A stretch of 64,000 bases of DNA. It comes from Neodothiora populina (taxonomy: Eukaryota). The notes below the pieces were generated by a model, which ran no database searches, was not told the DNA's origin, and was given only the letters and a program-made list of their open reading frames with translations. Shown piece after piece: positions 38,225 to 52,422 of this stretch. The stretch spans positions 992,001-1,056,000 of the forward strand of contig NW_027191415.1 in NCBI RefSeq assembly GCF_041146345.1. The letters run 5' to 3'. Made by a program: the position numbers and the translations under genes. Each line of letters starts with the position of its first letter. Positions within the stretch are counted from its first letter, which is position 1.

Positions 38225-39308
38225 GGTGAGGAAACAAAGCAAAGAGATATTAAGGAAGAGACGAACTGTAGAGATGGCCAAAGGGGTGGATGTAGCAGAA
38301 ACAGAAGTGGAGTCAGAGACAGGTGAGCAGAGGGTGGCGCCAAGCCAGTCTATATCAATGGATCTGACAAGATCACCATGGAAGAAGTGAGGTCCCTGAA
38401 CCTGTACTACTTCACGTAACTTTCCCACTTACTTTTGCATTCCAGTTCAAGCTGATGGATGCCTCGTTTTGTTGTGATTACGGTAGTCCATTCGCATCGA
38501 AAGTTGCTAGATAGACCAATACCCGCATCGGAGATCATGCGAATCGTTATCTTGAAGCCGTCTCACACCAGCACGCGATGCACTCACTCAAGCCTCATGC
38601 TATGAAAGCATCGGGGGGATGTTCACAAGACGTAAGCTCGCAAGAAGCCCAGCTGCACCTACACTTGAGCCATGCATGTCACAAGACAAACTCCCGCACC
38701 AGAACTAACCCCGGGCAAAGTCGTAGCCGTTTTTGGAGTCTTGAGCCCGTGTTAGAGGTCTTGTGTATGCGCGGGTATCGACCTCATACTGGCTTCTGAG
38801 TGCTCTTCGAGTCGAGGAGGGGTACTCATGGAGGTCCAAGTCTTGTTGTTCTTTCTCCATCCTATGACATGAAGGTATACGACTAGAAGGCTAGCTGGCA
38901 AACTGCAAGACTCAGATGATAGCAGCTAAGTCCATGAGACAAGACCGAGACCGCACGTGTTTTGTCAGATCTGCCTGGCTGAGTCACCTTACCGTTACCG
39001 GAAGTATCTTAGGAGGCTGGGGCTACCCGGCAAGGCTCTTCACACCGCATCGTCTTTGTATCATTGAGGGACATGTAGGAAGCACATTCAACGACTAAGA
39101 CTGAGGGACACAGAGGAATTAAAGGTATGAGTTCCAGTAAGTGTTATTCCAAAGCTCGACCTCGACCTCGGAGTGACGTCGCGCATCAACAGCGCGGCGA
39201 GCCCTAACCGTCCCTTCCATGACCACGCCTCCGCAATCCCTCCTCGAACAATAATTCCACCAAGGTACCTCTCACCTCAAACGACCCCAACTAACTACCT
39301 TGATCACA

Positions 39309-39687
39309 ATGAGCGAGGAATCCATACCCTTCCTCCTCTCGCTAATAAACAAAACCCTCCGAGTCCACACTACCGACACACGAATCTTCGTGGGCTCAAT
39401 GAAATGCACCGACAAGGTATATATATATATGTCCCCACCCTCAACCCCCACCTCTACCTGGCACCCTACATTCATACTCACGAAAAGCAAAGGATCGTAA
39501 CATCATCCTCTCTCTGACGCACGAATACCGCCACCCCCCAGCATCAGCGGTGCAGCAAGCCGCAGCCGCAGCAGTAGCGGCCGCGCACCCTCGACAGACG
39601 AATATCAAAGTCGATATGATTAGACGATTTGTCGGGCTTGTGGTTGTGCCCGGGCAGTATATCACTAAGATTGAGGTCGAGGAATGA
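39309..39687 (+). CDS. LSm-domain protein (Mak31/LSMD1, NatC auxiliary subunit-like)
   Basis: LINKTLRVHTTDTRIFVGSMKCTDK|DRNIILS...RRFVGLVVVPGQYITKIEVEE*, which carries the Sm1 and Sm2 motifs. Intron 39417-39492. Confidence 0.85.
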
Positions 39688-40806
39688 GATGCAGAGATAT
39701 GGGAAGCGGAAGCTACAGAACAGGAATTTTGCAAGACGCTTGCAGGCCATGGGCAGATGGGGACGCATGAAATGGGCATCGGTATTGATGTGGCATCTTG
39801 AATAGAGGTCTTGAGGTGGCAAAGGGAATGAAGACTGCTGCGCGCATTCTCATTCGCGAGAGGGAGGTGAGCTTCTCCAATAGGACCCCTGAGTGCTGCT
39901 GTGGGGCTAGACTATCCCAGAGGGGTTTGGCCGACATGACAGCCTGGCGCGCATTCCGCGTCCTGAGAGCACTTCGATTACGCTGCCTGGACGCCCACCT
40001 GTATGCTGCAGAGGCTATGACTGACGATCTGCGGCGTTGCAGTACGGAAGACAACCTCTAGTACGATACAGCCCTCTGAGCATAATCCGTGGGGAGTACA
40101 GCACGGACCCAATGTCACGATCACAGCTCAGAGCAAGGACCCAGGAGAGCCACCACGCGAACACGCCGGACCATCGGAAGCCCCAAAGTCGATCCAGGAT
40201 ATGCGTAGGTCGGAGACAAAAGGCATAAGCATGCTAGCACAATCTACATCTACAACCCTCGAGACAAGAACGATATCCGCATCGGAGGGAGCAAAGCGAA
40301 GCTTGCATCCGACCAAGAACTGAATTCTCCGCGATGATGTTCATTCTCTTCACCTCCCTACCTCCCTCTCTCTGCCCGTCTCGCCCTCCCCCTAGCCTTT
40401 TACAAAATCAAGGAGACAGCCCAACGCCGCACTCAGGACCTCCCATGCCAGTGCCCGTGTTAGCTTCATGTATGCATCAATTTCTCGCTCCGTTTCTTGT
40501 GCTTTGTTGTTCTCTATCGATCAGGTCAAGCCTTCCTATGCTTGCATCCATCGATGTCAAAGTTAGCTTCTTGAGAGGGGCTGTTCTTGGGCGTGGAGCT
40601 AACTCTCGTTGGACGCTCAATTGCTGTGGCTTGGCTAGGCTGGGAAGTTCGCTCCCTCTTCGCTTGAATGCACGTGATGACGCAGCATTGCCAAATTGCT
40701 GAAAACAAATAGAGTGTGACCAGTCGACCGGGTCTTCGTATTCGTAGTGCGCGTTTTTCTCTTCCTTGGTGTCTAAGTATGTATACAGCCGATGGCTCGC
40801 CACCGA

Positions 40807-43223
40807 TCATAGCTTGACACCCCAGACTCCTCTGCCACCGACAGCGCCCAGCCAATCGCCACCCTGGCCCGTCAGAGCACTCTGTGGTGCCCAGCTGATG
40901 TTGTTGACCTCGTAGTCGCATCGCCAGCTGGCCGATGGTCCCTTTGCTTGCGAGTCCCCGTGTGCGCTGCCACCATTGACGCCTGTGCTATTGCTGGCGT
41001 TCAAGAGGTCCCAGACCAGGACCAGGGAGTCGTCTGCACCACTGGCGAGCATGCCCCGGCGACTGGGGTTCCATTCGATCGAGTTGAGCGCGGCTGCGTG
41101 ACCTCGTAGCTCCAAAAGAGCAGTGCCTGGCTGTCGCGCGTCGAGGATTCGTATGACGTTGGAATCCGCGGCGAAAGTGGCTAGGAGATGCGCATCGTGA
41201 GGCGAAGCAGCCAGTCGAAGAAGTGGTGGCGCAGTCGACAGTGTATGCGAAGGTTTCGTGGGCGAAGTCGGAACTCCGGGAGGTGATACTGTGAGGTGAA
41301 ACGAGTCAGAGCCGAGTCAATTGTCGAGGAACTTTGTTGCACATACCTTTGTCGACCTTCTCGGTCTTGTCCGACGGCTCATAGATGATGGTACTATGCT
41401 CAAGACTCCGCAGATCGAACATCCTCACGCTACCATCTGCGCCGCAACTCACAAACACGTCGATGCTGCCAGCGCAGAAGCGCACGTCGAAGACTTCTTT
41501 GTCGTGCGCAATCAATTGCGTCTTGGCTGTAAGGGTCGGGATATCCCAGATGGTGCAGGTAGTGTCGATACTGGAGGTGATGATAAGCTTGGGGGACAGA
41601 GTGTTCCAGTCTAGAGAAGTCAAAGGAGCAGTGTGCTCAGGCGTCTTGGAATTCGACAAGAGTGCCAAGGGTTGTAGCTTCTGAGCAACAGGGTCGCGCT
41701 GGTTGACGGCTGACGAGCGGTTGATGTTGTTGCTTATGGCTGATTGATGAGACTGCGGCAGGGACCATAGTCGCAAGTGGTCTCCCGACGTGGCTAGGAG
41801 GTCAGTTGACTGTTTGGACGAGGACGGAGGTTCCCACGATATGCGAGTCACGGGGTACGCGCAGGTGGCCTCGGCGACCTTGACAAAGTCGAGAGCATAA
41901 GGTGGAGCGCCAGGGCTCGTGACTTCTTGGGGTACAACCTGAGTGTCGACGATTTGGATCTTGAAAGAACAAGGTTAGCGTGCAATTGCAGTTGTTCATT
42001 GACAAGCATAAGTCTCTCACAAAGTTATGCGGGTCTTCGAGATAACTGGCCACTGCCATTTTGCCACATCCATTCCCGTTGTGTACAGGCCATTTGCACC
42101 AGTCAAAGGCGTAGGTCGCCCACGGAGCTTGGTAATTGCATTTCGTCTGCGACGGGGGGTGGTCGAAGACGTGATTTGTGCTGTAAGAGTCATGGCTATA
42201 ATCTCCCTGGGTTCTAGGTCTGATATCGGAAAGACCTAGGGGAGAATGTGACATTGCCATGTTGGGCGTCTGAGGACTGTATGACTTTATCGGTGTCGTG
42301 GCAGAGAAGGGAATGTACTTTTGGTCCATGCCAGCAGGACTGGATCTCGAGTGACTGTGTGACGAGCCGAGGGTGGGACGGGCAGAAGGGCTGTACTGTT
42401 GAGCATTGGTGTTGAGGGGAGGCATGGTAGGCACTGTCCTGGACGCCGTGTAAGTTGTCGTCGAGGGCGATCTGCTACTCGAAGCGCCTGTGCCTGTAGC
42501 TGTGCCCGCGCCTGCACCACTGCCCGGTTGCAATATACCTGGCACGTTGGAAGAGTTGGACGAAGTGGGTGAAGTAAAACTTTGGCCCTGAGGAGTTGCT
42601 TGTTGCAGGAGAATGTTTGGGCCCGTCCCTGAAGGGTAACCTTCTTCTCGTGGGGCAGTTGACTGTGAATGCGATTGCGACTGAAGCTGAGCCTGAGACT
42701 GTTGTGATGGCGGCGATGCGTAGGGATTCATTCTCTGGTTGTGTCCAAAGTCACTCAGATGCAGCTCACCAGGACTGCGGTCGTAATCGTGGGCCGACTT
42801 CTTTGGCGTCTCGAAGGCTGGCGCATTCTGCGACAAGCCGCCAGACATTGGCGCTGACCGAGAAGGTAGAGTGAATGTGGGTTGTTGTGATGTCGAAAGC
42901 GTGTTCCTGCTGTCGATGGCGAAACCTGGACCTGCTCCTGCTGTTTTTGGTGCTCCTGCTGTTCTGGGAGCTGCTGCTGCTGTCGCTGTTGCAGTTTTGA
43001 GCCCGAACCTGTCAGAGGGAGTGCGTGTATCAACAACAACCTTAAGCTGGTGCTCGTTAAGGGTATGAGTGCTCGATTGCGACAACGCGGGTTGCGGGGA
43101 TGTGTTGGGTCTGACGCCGAGATTGGGCGACGCGATGGCTCCAAGCGTCTGGCCTCCTTGCAAGATACCCGCCGCCGTACTCCTATCCGATGCTGTTTTC
43201 GTGGGTTTCGTCTTAGACGGCAT
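40807..43223 (-). CDS. WD40 protein of the DCAF7/WDR68/AN11 (YPL247C-like) family with a long disordered N-terminus
   Basis: [62 protein letters not shown] and [20 protein letters not shown]. Two introns. The start codon is uncertain. Confidence 0.9.
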
Positions 43224-43700
43224 GTGGTTCGAGACTCGATTCTTTGGTATGAGTGTGTATGTCCCTTGTTCCAGTCTACCGTCACTCAACTTCTCGATTC
43301 TCGATATGCCTCTCTGTCTAGCTGCAGTCCGGTATCAAGAATCTATAATGAGATATGTCGGGTTTGGCTGGAACGTGTATGGTAAACGCCAAGACCAGTT
43401 CGGCACCCGCTTCAGATGGAGAAAGACTATACCTCTAGCAGCTCGAGTGGATGGTTAGGGTATGATGTAGTTCATCTCGACTGGGCTGCTGAAACAAAGA
43501 ACTCTATATCTCGTCACTGTGCAATATCAAGTGTAGATTGATTCGAAATCGAGGGTTCTTTTCTGGAGGCTCACACAGCTTGATCCGCTCAAAGCGACCT
43601 TCTAATCAGGTGATAATACTTTGCTCAAGTCTACCATAAAATCACATCCACCGCCTGATAAGCAGAACATCAAGGATTCGCGAGCACAAATATCTGCGCC

Positions 43701-44891
43701 ATGGCAGACGGTGCTCCTGCGACCTTTCTGTTGCTTCTTCCTCCTCCCTCCACTGTTTCTGTCTCTGCACTCAAGGCCGCTTATGGTGAAACGCTGTCTG
43801 AAGTGCTCAAGGAAGTCGCATCTGCAACACAAGAAACCGTTCGCCCTGCAGTACTGGACATTGCCTTGGCCATTCCTCATCTTGTTGGCAAAGACACAGA
43901 ACCAAGGGCATCTTTGTACGATCGCACGCAAACCATTATTGCTGCTGTCTACAAGCTCGTTTGTGTGCTCGCCACCGCAGACAACATCAATATTGAGGAC
44001 AGCGATGGCGTTGACGCTCGCATTATACCGATAGCTTGGTCACCGGATGCCACTTCAACTGCAAACTCTCCTTTCGGTCCTGTTGTAGATCTGGTGACCC
44101 TAGCAGGAAGTGGTCGTCAATGGCAGTATGCTTTCGGGGTAGAGACTGATGCTGGTGAAGCCTTTGTCCGAGCCTTTGTCGCGGCCAAGCAGCACGCTTC
44201 TCATGGGCACCACAAGCATTCCAACGTGGAAAAGTCAACGGAAGGTTCAGCATCAAAATATGCCGAGTCAAGTTCAGCACATAAAAAACACCACCATACT
44301 GCGGTTGGTGGCACTTTTGACCATCTCCACCTTGGCCACAAATTACTTCTCACCATGACTGCCTTTGCATTGGATGACAGCAATGGTATCATCACGCTTG
44401 GCATCACAGGGGACGAGTTGTTGAAGAACAAGAAACACGCCGAATACTTGGAGTCCTGGTCTCAACGTCAATCCTCGACATATCAATTCTTGAGTGATAT
44501 CATGGACTTCAATGTTCCAGACTCCAGGAGCCCTGTCGTGGAAGAGGTCAAGAATGACGGACCCAATGGGCATGTAGTCACGGTACGATATGGCAATGCA
44601 CTGGAGTTTAGATTCGTCGAGATCGTAGATCCCTTTGGTCCTACCATCACTGACGAGAGTATCACGAATCTTGTTCTGTCTGGAGAGACTCGCTCTGGCG
44701 GCAAGGCCATCAACGAAAAGCGAGCGGAGAAGGGCTGGTCCGAGTTGCAGGTCTTTGAGGTAGACGTGTTAGATCCGACGAGCGATGCTACGGCTACAGA
44801 GATATCAGACCAATCGAGCTACAAGGACAAATTGAGCAGTAGTGCCATTCGGACCAGACTGGCGGAGAAGAAAGCCAGCCCGACAGCATAA
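43701..44891 (+). CDS. CAB4: Phosphopantetheine adenylyltransferase
   Basis: AVGGTFDHLHLGHKLLL (HxGH), GITGDELLKNK, DPFGPTITDE, SGETRSGGKAINEKR and KLSSSAIR. Confidence 0.9.
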   Translation: MADGAPATFLLLLPPPSTVSVSALKAAYGETLSEVLKEVASATQETVRPAVLDIALAIPHLVGKDTEPRASLYDRTQTIIAAVYKLVCVLATADNINIEDSDGVDARIIPIAWSPDATSTANSPFGPVVDLVTLAGSGRQWQYAFGVETDAGEAFVRAFVAAKQHASHGHHKHSNVEKSTEGSASKYAESSSAHKKHHHTAVGGTFDHLHLGHKLLLTMTAFALDDSNGIITLGITGDELLKNKKHAEYLESWSQRQSSTYQFLSDIMDFNVPDSRSPVVEEVKNDGPNGHVVTVRYGNALEFRFVEIVDPFGPTITDESITNLVLSGETRSGGKAINEKRAEKGWSELQVFEVDVLDPTSDATATEISDQSSYKDKLSSSAIRTRLAEKKASPTA

Positions 44892-45625
44892 GGGCTATCC
44901 AAGGATTCTCTTTCACTAATGTGGACTTCTTTCCTTCCCTAAAGCATACCTACCGCGTGAGATATCGGCATGCAAGGTCAGCAGACCGTTGCGTAAATTG
45001 AGCAATGGCGGCCACTCCAGCTCCGAGGCCGACGGAGAATAGTATGCAGCTGAATCGGTATAGACTATATAACAATTGTTGCTAGTCCGAGAAGTCGATG
45101 CTCTTCCTAGATGGAAACTTTGGCTTCCATACCCCAATGTTTGCACTCTGTTTGCTCTTTTTGCTGTACATGTACAGTACATTCCGCCTCGCTTCGACTT
45201 TCCCGCATCTCGTCCATCGTGCATACGCGCCGCTTGGCCTCAGGAGCCTCATCCAATTACCATATTCGTCGTGCTGTACCACCATCTTACTGTACTCATT
45301 CATCTCGTTAAGCGCCCGATGTTGCTCGTCCACCCTGAGCTTGACCAATGAGGCTGACAAGGGTCTGCGTTCCTACTCGGCTTGCCGCCTCACATGTCAG
45401 GAGCTCAAGGTCTAAAGACTTGCTGCTGACATGTTGTCCGTCATGCTTTCTTTGTTACTGTTCCACGAGCTGGTCTACAAGCTCGTGTTCTTGTTTCTGA
45501 CTGAATACACCTTTCACTTCCTGTGTACCGACTATATCGACTCTCTCATTGAATTTGTACAAGTGTACATTACTCTTACTGATTTAGTGCGCAATCAACG
45601 CGCTCAGAGACAAGCTGCTTGAGAT

Positions 45626-47151
45626 ATGCCTCCATTCCCAGGAGAAAACCTACTGTTGACCTTGTGCGTTGAGTGAACAGCACTTTTATCACTGTTTCCA
45701 AGTCTAATTACCTGTAGATTCGTTGACGTTCACTACTTTTTCCAACCCCCGACTTCGAAGCCTGCTCATCATCGCTTCGATAGACGCTCTTATCTTTACC
45801 TCTATCAAGATGTGTCTCAGCGACGAGCGAGGATAGAAATCGCAAACTCAGCAGGAACTCCGGATCAGGACTCATTTGACGGATGTAAGTCAGGTCTTTC
45901 CTAGGTTTGTGTCCGTGTCATGATCTGATCAGGATGCGCACAGATCTCGACTCTGTGGTTGTCAAGTACAAGCATCAGCAGTCTAATTCAGTATCCATCG
46001 GAGTTGATGCTCTCGCATCGAGGTCGACAGCGAGTCTGCCTGGTCAATCGCAGTGGCGTATTCCTGCTTATGACCTCCAAAATGCGCAAAAATACTTGTT
46101 CAAACTGCATGCTCTTGACGTCTACTTCTGGACCGCTAGTGACGCATCTCGATTTCTTGAATGCATGAAACGTCTTCTGCCACAGGACCAGCTAGACTTT
46201 GACGAAGGACCGCTCCCTGTCGAACATCGAGATTCAATGAGTCCAGTCGTGGAGAAATTGGAAAATGCAGCTGTTCACACTTCTCCTCGACCACAACCTG
46301 CCACTTACACATTGCCACAAAGGGTTGCGTCGATTTCTCCTCCACAATCGACGCCCTCTTTCGCTCCTTACAATCCAGCCGCCCCTGCGGCACCAGAGCC
46401 TATAGCTTACAGAGAAAAGACGCCTCCTCCTCCCGATGCTGAGGCTGGCACTGGTCTTGTCGGCGTGGCTAATCACGGCAACAATCCACAATCAGTGGCT
46501 CAGCCTCAGCTATCGCATCATTTGTCTTATCAGCAGACTCCCTCGCAGTCGTCATTCCCGGGGCCCCCTCAGCGAAGTGCTAGTTCGCAGTCTGTGCCCC
46601 CTCCTCCCCAATCAACTTCAAATGTAGCGAACATGGGCGCGCCTTACCAGCACGCCAGATACGAGTTATCAGGGCCGTCCTTTGATCTGTCCGCTCGTAG
46701 TCATAACTCGGTCAATGATCCGACACAGTTTACGCACGTTCAGTATGCCAATCACCCACAGCAAAACTACCTTCAATCACCGTCATTTTCCATACAGTCT
46801 CCGGGATTACCAGGCACCCCGAGCGCTCCTCCGCCATACGGTCAGCTGACTCCATTGCAATCCCCTAATGTGCCGGGCGCAGGGTTCCAGAATGCTGGCT
46901 ATTCTGGTCCTCCCGGTCATCCTGTCGGAGGGTATTCCAGCTACACATACGCTTCTCAGTCACAGCATCCGCAAGCTGGAACCGAGTCATACGGTGTCCA
47001 TGACCAGGTCTATCGACCCACGGAGGAAGAAGCGTCTCATGGAAAAATAAAGAAAGCACAGCCTTTCAAGCCGGGAACGTTCGAGGAGAAGGTGGGAAAA
47101 CTGGAGAAAGGCGTGGGAAGGCTACTTCGAAAAATAGATAACAAGATTTAG
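45626..47151 (+). CDS. Conserved fungal protein with a folded N-terminal domain and a Pro/Gln-rich C-terminus
   Basis: MPPFPGENLLLTL|FVDVHYFF..HHRFDRRSYLYLY..IEIANSAGTPDQDSFDG joins the 45907 ORF through two introns. Also MSPVVEKLENAA, YNPAAPAAPEPIAYREKTPPP and VHDQVYRPTEEEA. Confidence 0.75.
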
Positions 47152-47611
47152 TTTCTGCAGCGGTGAAATGCGTAGTAATGACAACTGTCTTGTTCGAGTC
47201 GTCCTGACAGACTCATCAAGATGACGAGAAATATATATACAAAATCAACTACTTCGCAATACAGTAATGCTGCGTGAGGTGAACTGTCGTTCATGTTCAG
47301 CGTTTGTGGTGTTGCCTATTCTGGATAAATGTCAGGTCAGCCAAGCTGCTAATCGGACCAGTCCGACTCCACACTTCCCTCCCGTCTGCATCCCAACCCG
47401 ACGTCCGACACGCTTCCTATCGCTTGATGTTGTAAGCGATGATCCTGCTCTGTTTCTAAATTCCTCAAAGAGATCGGTCGCAGAGTTTATACAGCGGGAT
47501 ATAAGAGGAGCATACTTCTGATTTTTAGTCGCAAAGTATAATTCAGTGCATTTTCATCAATACTGCAACCTCAACTTTCCAAAGATCTTCACCCATGGTG
47601 GATACACAATC

Positions 47612-48806
47612 ATGGATAGTAAAACGGACGATGTTGTTTTCTTCTACTACCCAGAGTCTGGCTTTCAGCACAGGGTTCATTGGTATGAGTCTTCTGATAC
47701 GATATTAAGGAGACACTGACGGGATCAGGTACTTGAAATTGGCCGAGGTTTCCTATTCAGAATGTGTAGGTAACCCTGTCCTTGCTGCTACCATGTTCTG
47801 TCAACGACATACGAATATCATCCATGACAACTGATTCGATAACTTACGGTCCGAAAGACTACCTTTCGCTATCATGAGCCCTCCACCGAATCACAATTCA
47901 TGCACTGACAATCCCGAACAGCTACAACCAGCATGTATGCCTCGTCCAGATCTGGCAGCATTAGGTGTATCATATCGACGCATCCCGATCCTCAGCATCG
48001 GCAAGCACATCTACTGCGACTCGAACATCATCCTTCGCGTACTTCAGGATGAATTTCCCCTGGAGCATGAATCACTCGACCAAGCAGAACGTGGCATGCA
48101 AGCACTGTTCCGAGCCTGGTCTCTAGAAAGTGGCCTTTTCCGCCACGCCGCCGACTTTATTCCTTTCGAGCATTTTTCTCTTGATTCAGATCCAAATTTC
48201 GTGGCCGACAGAAAAGACTACATGTCTCCTGCGCCTTTCGACCCCTCTGAGATGATCAAAGCGAGGCCGGAGTCCATGACGTATCTACGTTCGGCCTGCG
48301 AGATGCTCGAGACGATGTTCTTGGCTGATGGGCGAAACTGGATACTCGGTAGCAAAAAGGGACCCAGTGTTGTTGATATCGAGGCCGTTTTTCCTTTGTA
48401 TCTCGCATTCCTTGTTTGGGGTGCCCCGAGCGAGGTGATACAGGCTACATGTCCCAAGACGTATGCGTGGATTCTGCGATTTCATCAAGCGGTCACGGAC
48501 GCAAGTGGATCGTCTGCACCGAAACCCAAGTCTTTGACTGGAGAAGAGGTCAAGAAACGGATCCTCGACGAAAGCGCACCAGAGTCAGATGAGACGTATA
48601 TCTCTGCAATGGGCATCGACGAGACGGATTCCACAGGTCTCACGTACGGACAGATGGTAGAGGTGTGGCCTACAGACACGGGATCGAATTCGCGACAAAG
48701 GGGGAAGTTGGTTGGTCTCAGTCCAGACGAGGTCTGCGTACGGAACGAGATGGGAATCTTTGTGCATTTCCCTCGATGGAACTATGGAGTGGAGCCCGTA
48801 GAATGA
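47612..48806 (+). CDS. Glutathione S-transferase-like protein
   Basis: VVFFYYPES..RVHW|YLKLAEVSYSEC|LQPACMPRPDLAALGVSYRRIPILSIGKHIYCDSNIILRVL (GST N-terminal domain). Two 5' introns. Confidence 0.82.
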
Positions 48807-50007
48807 GAGCAATACCTGTATCCTTGTTCTTCTTATTTCGGACAAGCTTGCTGCGAGTCCATCAGTCGTCTCTTCGATCTGAAGAGCATACCGTAAAGCG
48901 ATCCCATCTCGTAAGAAGCAGAGGTCTCAGTCTGGTGTCCGCAAGGCTGTCCACTGTGCCCCCTATTTCGGATACGAAACCTGTGACTACTCAGCTTACG
49001 CTAGCTCAGTCAATCTCACACAAGTCCAGCCAACAAATATCAGCTCGTTCAACCAAGCTCTGCTCACTTAACTCCCGGGTAGTCAGCTCGTGTAACAGCG
49101 ACCCTGTCCTATCAAATCTATGCAATCCCTCACGACTTGCATGTTCAGATGTTCGACCAAATACCGTGTATCCCGGATATGTACTTACTACACCGATTCC
49201 AGTCTACACATCTTCTGTTCTCTCAATCATCCTTTTCAAGTGGTGGCTGAACCCCCCAATCCACTCGCCACACGGCCTCGCTTACCACATGGCCTCGCCC
49301 AAACCCCAGGTACAGGTACAAGTAAGCCTCAATCTCCAGGAGCAAGCCGCGTGTCAATGTACTGCAGCCTATCGCGAGCAACAAAAGCAGCCCCCACTGA
49401 CTTCCTGCTACTAAGTCGTAAGCGCAACTAAAAACTATAACCCTGCGATTAGGTAGCTAGTTGAGGCAGCCGAGGCAGCAATGCATCACAAGTGGCCGCC
49501 CCATTGATCTCTGCCCGATCGATCTTTTCCCCCAGTCTGTCGTCCTCCAATCAATCTGCCGGCATATATATATGTATGTATATGCGGGGGGTTATGCTGC
49601 ATCCAGCCATACACTGCGGCCGGCCGGCTGGCTAGTCATGCTGCAGCAAGTCATACTACTGTCGCTTTCCTTTATCTACGTGTATATACATGTTGTGTAG
49701 TACAGTGTGGCGCATGTAGCTGTGTTTCGTAACAGCCTATCTCTAAGGCAAGCCATGAAGGTGGCCTATATGGGGAGTGGGCTGCGTTGGGTATATTACT
49801 TGCTGGTTGTCAGCTTTTTGTCTACACTCATTCTTTTGCTGATTTTTCCTTTCTCTCTTGGATGATTGTCAAGAGGTATGTAGGAGGAGATTAGGTACTG
49901 TGGACTACCTGATTCTGACCCCTGTCGGGCACTCGAGGACCATCTGAAGGGACGTGCAGTACGACATATTGTTCATCATTCAGTTTGGAATCACTCCATA
50001 TTGCTAC

Positions 50008-52422
50008 GATGAAACAAATCAGTTTCCTCTCCCTCTACCTCCTTGCCCTATGCTCTCTCTTCGCTTCGACTCAAGCAGCTGCTGCCAACAAAGAACCCAG
50101 AAAAGGAAACTTCAATGCCGAAGTGGGACGTTTCCAACTCGGCATTGACGATGATCGTCTCAACACCACTGGCGTGCTGTTCAACCAGACGCTGATGGCG
50201 AAGCTACATAGATTGTCCAACAATGTTCAAGACTACTGGTATTCATATTGCGATGTGCCTCCGGACAACAACACCGAGCATGACGTCTTGCAGCAAAAAA
50301 GCAGGAATATCCTGTACCCGTTAGTGAACACGACGCGTTGGAAACAAACAGATGTGGATGCTCTGATCGGACACTTGAGTAGTGCTGCGGCTACACTGAT
50401 GGATGATTTCTATGATGGCGAGCAGAACAAGACTATCACGGGCTACGACGATTTGGTCAGCTATTACCTTGACGCAATCCAGGACGAATGGAGTGGATAC
50501 GCGAAGTGGCGGTGGGGTTTCCTTTTAGGGGTTGGGAAGACGGTCAGCTGCAGTGCAAAGATAGACACGATCCTCGAAGACAAGCCGGAGTGGGAAAAGC
50601 TGGGCATGAGTACTGCTGCCACTCTGATGGCTCTCGTGCCAACCATCCTTGCTTTTGGCACTTTGTGAGTATCTCTAGTGGGATCGGTGCATATGTGGGC
50701 GACACTAATCTGCACGCAGGTACGTTCCTCGAAGCTCGGAACTGTTCTCGACGAGCTATCTCGTTGGACTGTCTACCTCAATATACAGTCTTGGACTCCC
50801 AGTGGCAAGCGTAAGTCATTGCAAACCCGCGAGTCTGCCACAATGACTGACAACATCATCTAAAGCTCTCGATTGTACGAGACAGGCGGAAAATCGACGT
50901 GTATGCGTTTACACTACGTGCATTATCTGTCATATCGTCACTTGGCCATGGAATTTCCAAGAAAGAGACTGTGAGTGACAAAATGGACAAGCTCAGATCT
51001 TGGACAGCAGTAGAAGACGATGAGACAGGAAATATCAGGTTCTGGGCAGAGAAGAACGCATTTAAGAATATTCGGATCAAGGTCGACGACTGGCAGCAGC
51101 GATGGCATTGGTGGCAGATCCCATCGCTTTTCATTGCCGCCGCACAAGTGGTCATGTTCGTAGTGGCCGTGGCTCCACTATTGCAGGACCTAGGTGTGCC
51201 GAGGTTCATGTTCGACTGCCATACTCCTGGACAAGTAAGTGCTGACCATTGACGACCAAGAAAAAGGCTGACGGAAAGACTCAGTATACCGGCTGGTACT
51301 TGGGGATCAGCGCTACCGTAAATGCAGTAGTACGACTTATTCTTTGGGAATTTGGCGATCACGAGAGAGTGAAAGGTAAGTGGAGTCACATAAGTTCCGA
51401 GTAGAATCTGACTGACGCACTCAGTCTTCTCGCTTTCCGAGTCCGCGAGAAAGGCTCTTCAGGAAATGGTCGACTTCAGTCATCGTCTCGACCTGTCTCT
51501 GGTGGCAAGTCAGGCTCCGCCCTTACATCGTCCACTGTCGGCAAAGACCAGACATGGCTTGATGTCGATCGGTCGCAGCGTAGGGAATCTACTCGGTTGC
51601 TACAAGAGGGGCACAGCGCCAGGCTCTTCACAGGATCTGGACCCGGAACCAGATTCTGTCAGAGCCTCGACAAAGCGACTGGCCCGTGGAATGCGCGACA
51701 AGACCATGTTCGGAGTACGAAATATGGACGCCCTCTTTGCTGGCGGATTCGGTTGGCGTAGTAGACAACCAGCTGGAGGGGCGCGAGGACACAGTACTCG
51801 CTCTTGGTTCACTGTGAATCAGCATCATGCCGGCCGCCGATATCGACCACTCATTGTGCTTGTGCACCTCTCCACCGAAGCGCGGTCTTTATACCGGACA
51901 CTATTCACAGGTTTCATCGAAGCGGTACTTTTGCTCGTCTTGACATTTTTCTTTGCAGCTCAATGGGGCGGCAACCTCATAATCACCTTGATCGCCATGT
52001 GCATCTTGTTGCTCTTTGTCACAGCAGGAAGAGTGTTAGGTTTCATCTACATGCATATCAGTCTTCACGTGTGGGATTTGCATGTCGTCAATTGTGACGA
52101 CGGAGATCAGGTCAAGGGAAGTCTGAGCATCCTCTGCGCTATGAGTGGCGTTCTTGTCAACGTCAATGGGGCATACTACTTTGAAGGAACAAGGGTTGAC
52201 CACTCGGTCGAGTTTGACAGCTTCAAGAAGCGTTGGGACAGAGGAGAATTGGACCGTGATGATGTTGACGACGAAGATAGTCCGAGGACGGACGGCTTCT
52301 CCAACAAAGGCCAGAGTCCTGGTTCAGCAGAAGTGGGCAAGAACGGAAGCAATGGCAGGGAGGTGCAGCTTCGGGATCTTTCCAGAGAGGCGCTAGTCGG
52401 AGCACACGCGGAGGAGGCGTGA
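50008..52422 (+). CDS. Hypothetical multi-pass membrane protein with a signal peptide
   Basis: Signal peptide MKQISFLSLYLLALCSLFASTQA. Four canonical introns join the exons in frame, and several hydrophobic segments are present. Confidence 0.7.

Noticed and set aside
39713..40803. Short ORFs between the LSm gene and the WD40 gene
   Set aside because: No coherent gene model or homology is recognisable.
44916..45622. Short ORFs between CAB4 and the next gene, possibly a decayed minus-strand gene
   Set aside because: No recognisable motif or consistent splice structure.
48665..49414. 249-aa ORF overlapping the end of the GST-like gene
   Set aside because: It has a GTG start, overlaps a real gene out of frame, and has no protein-like features.
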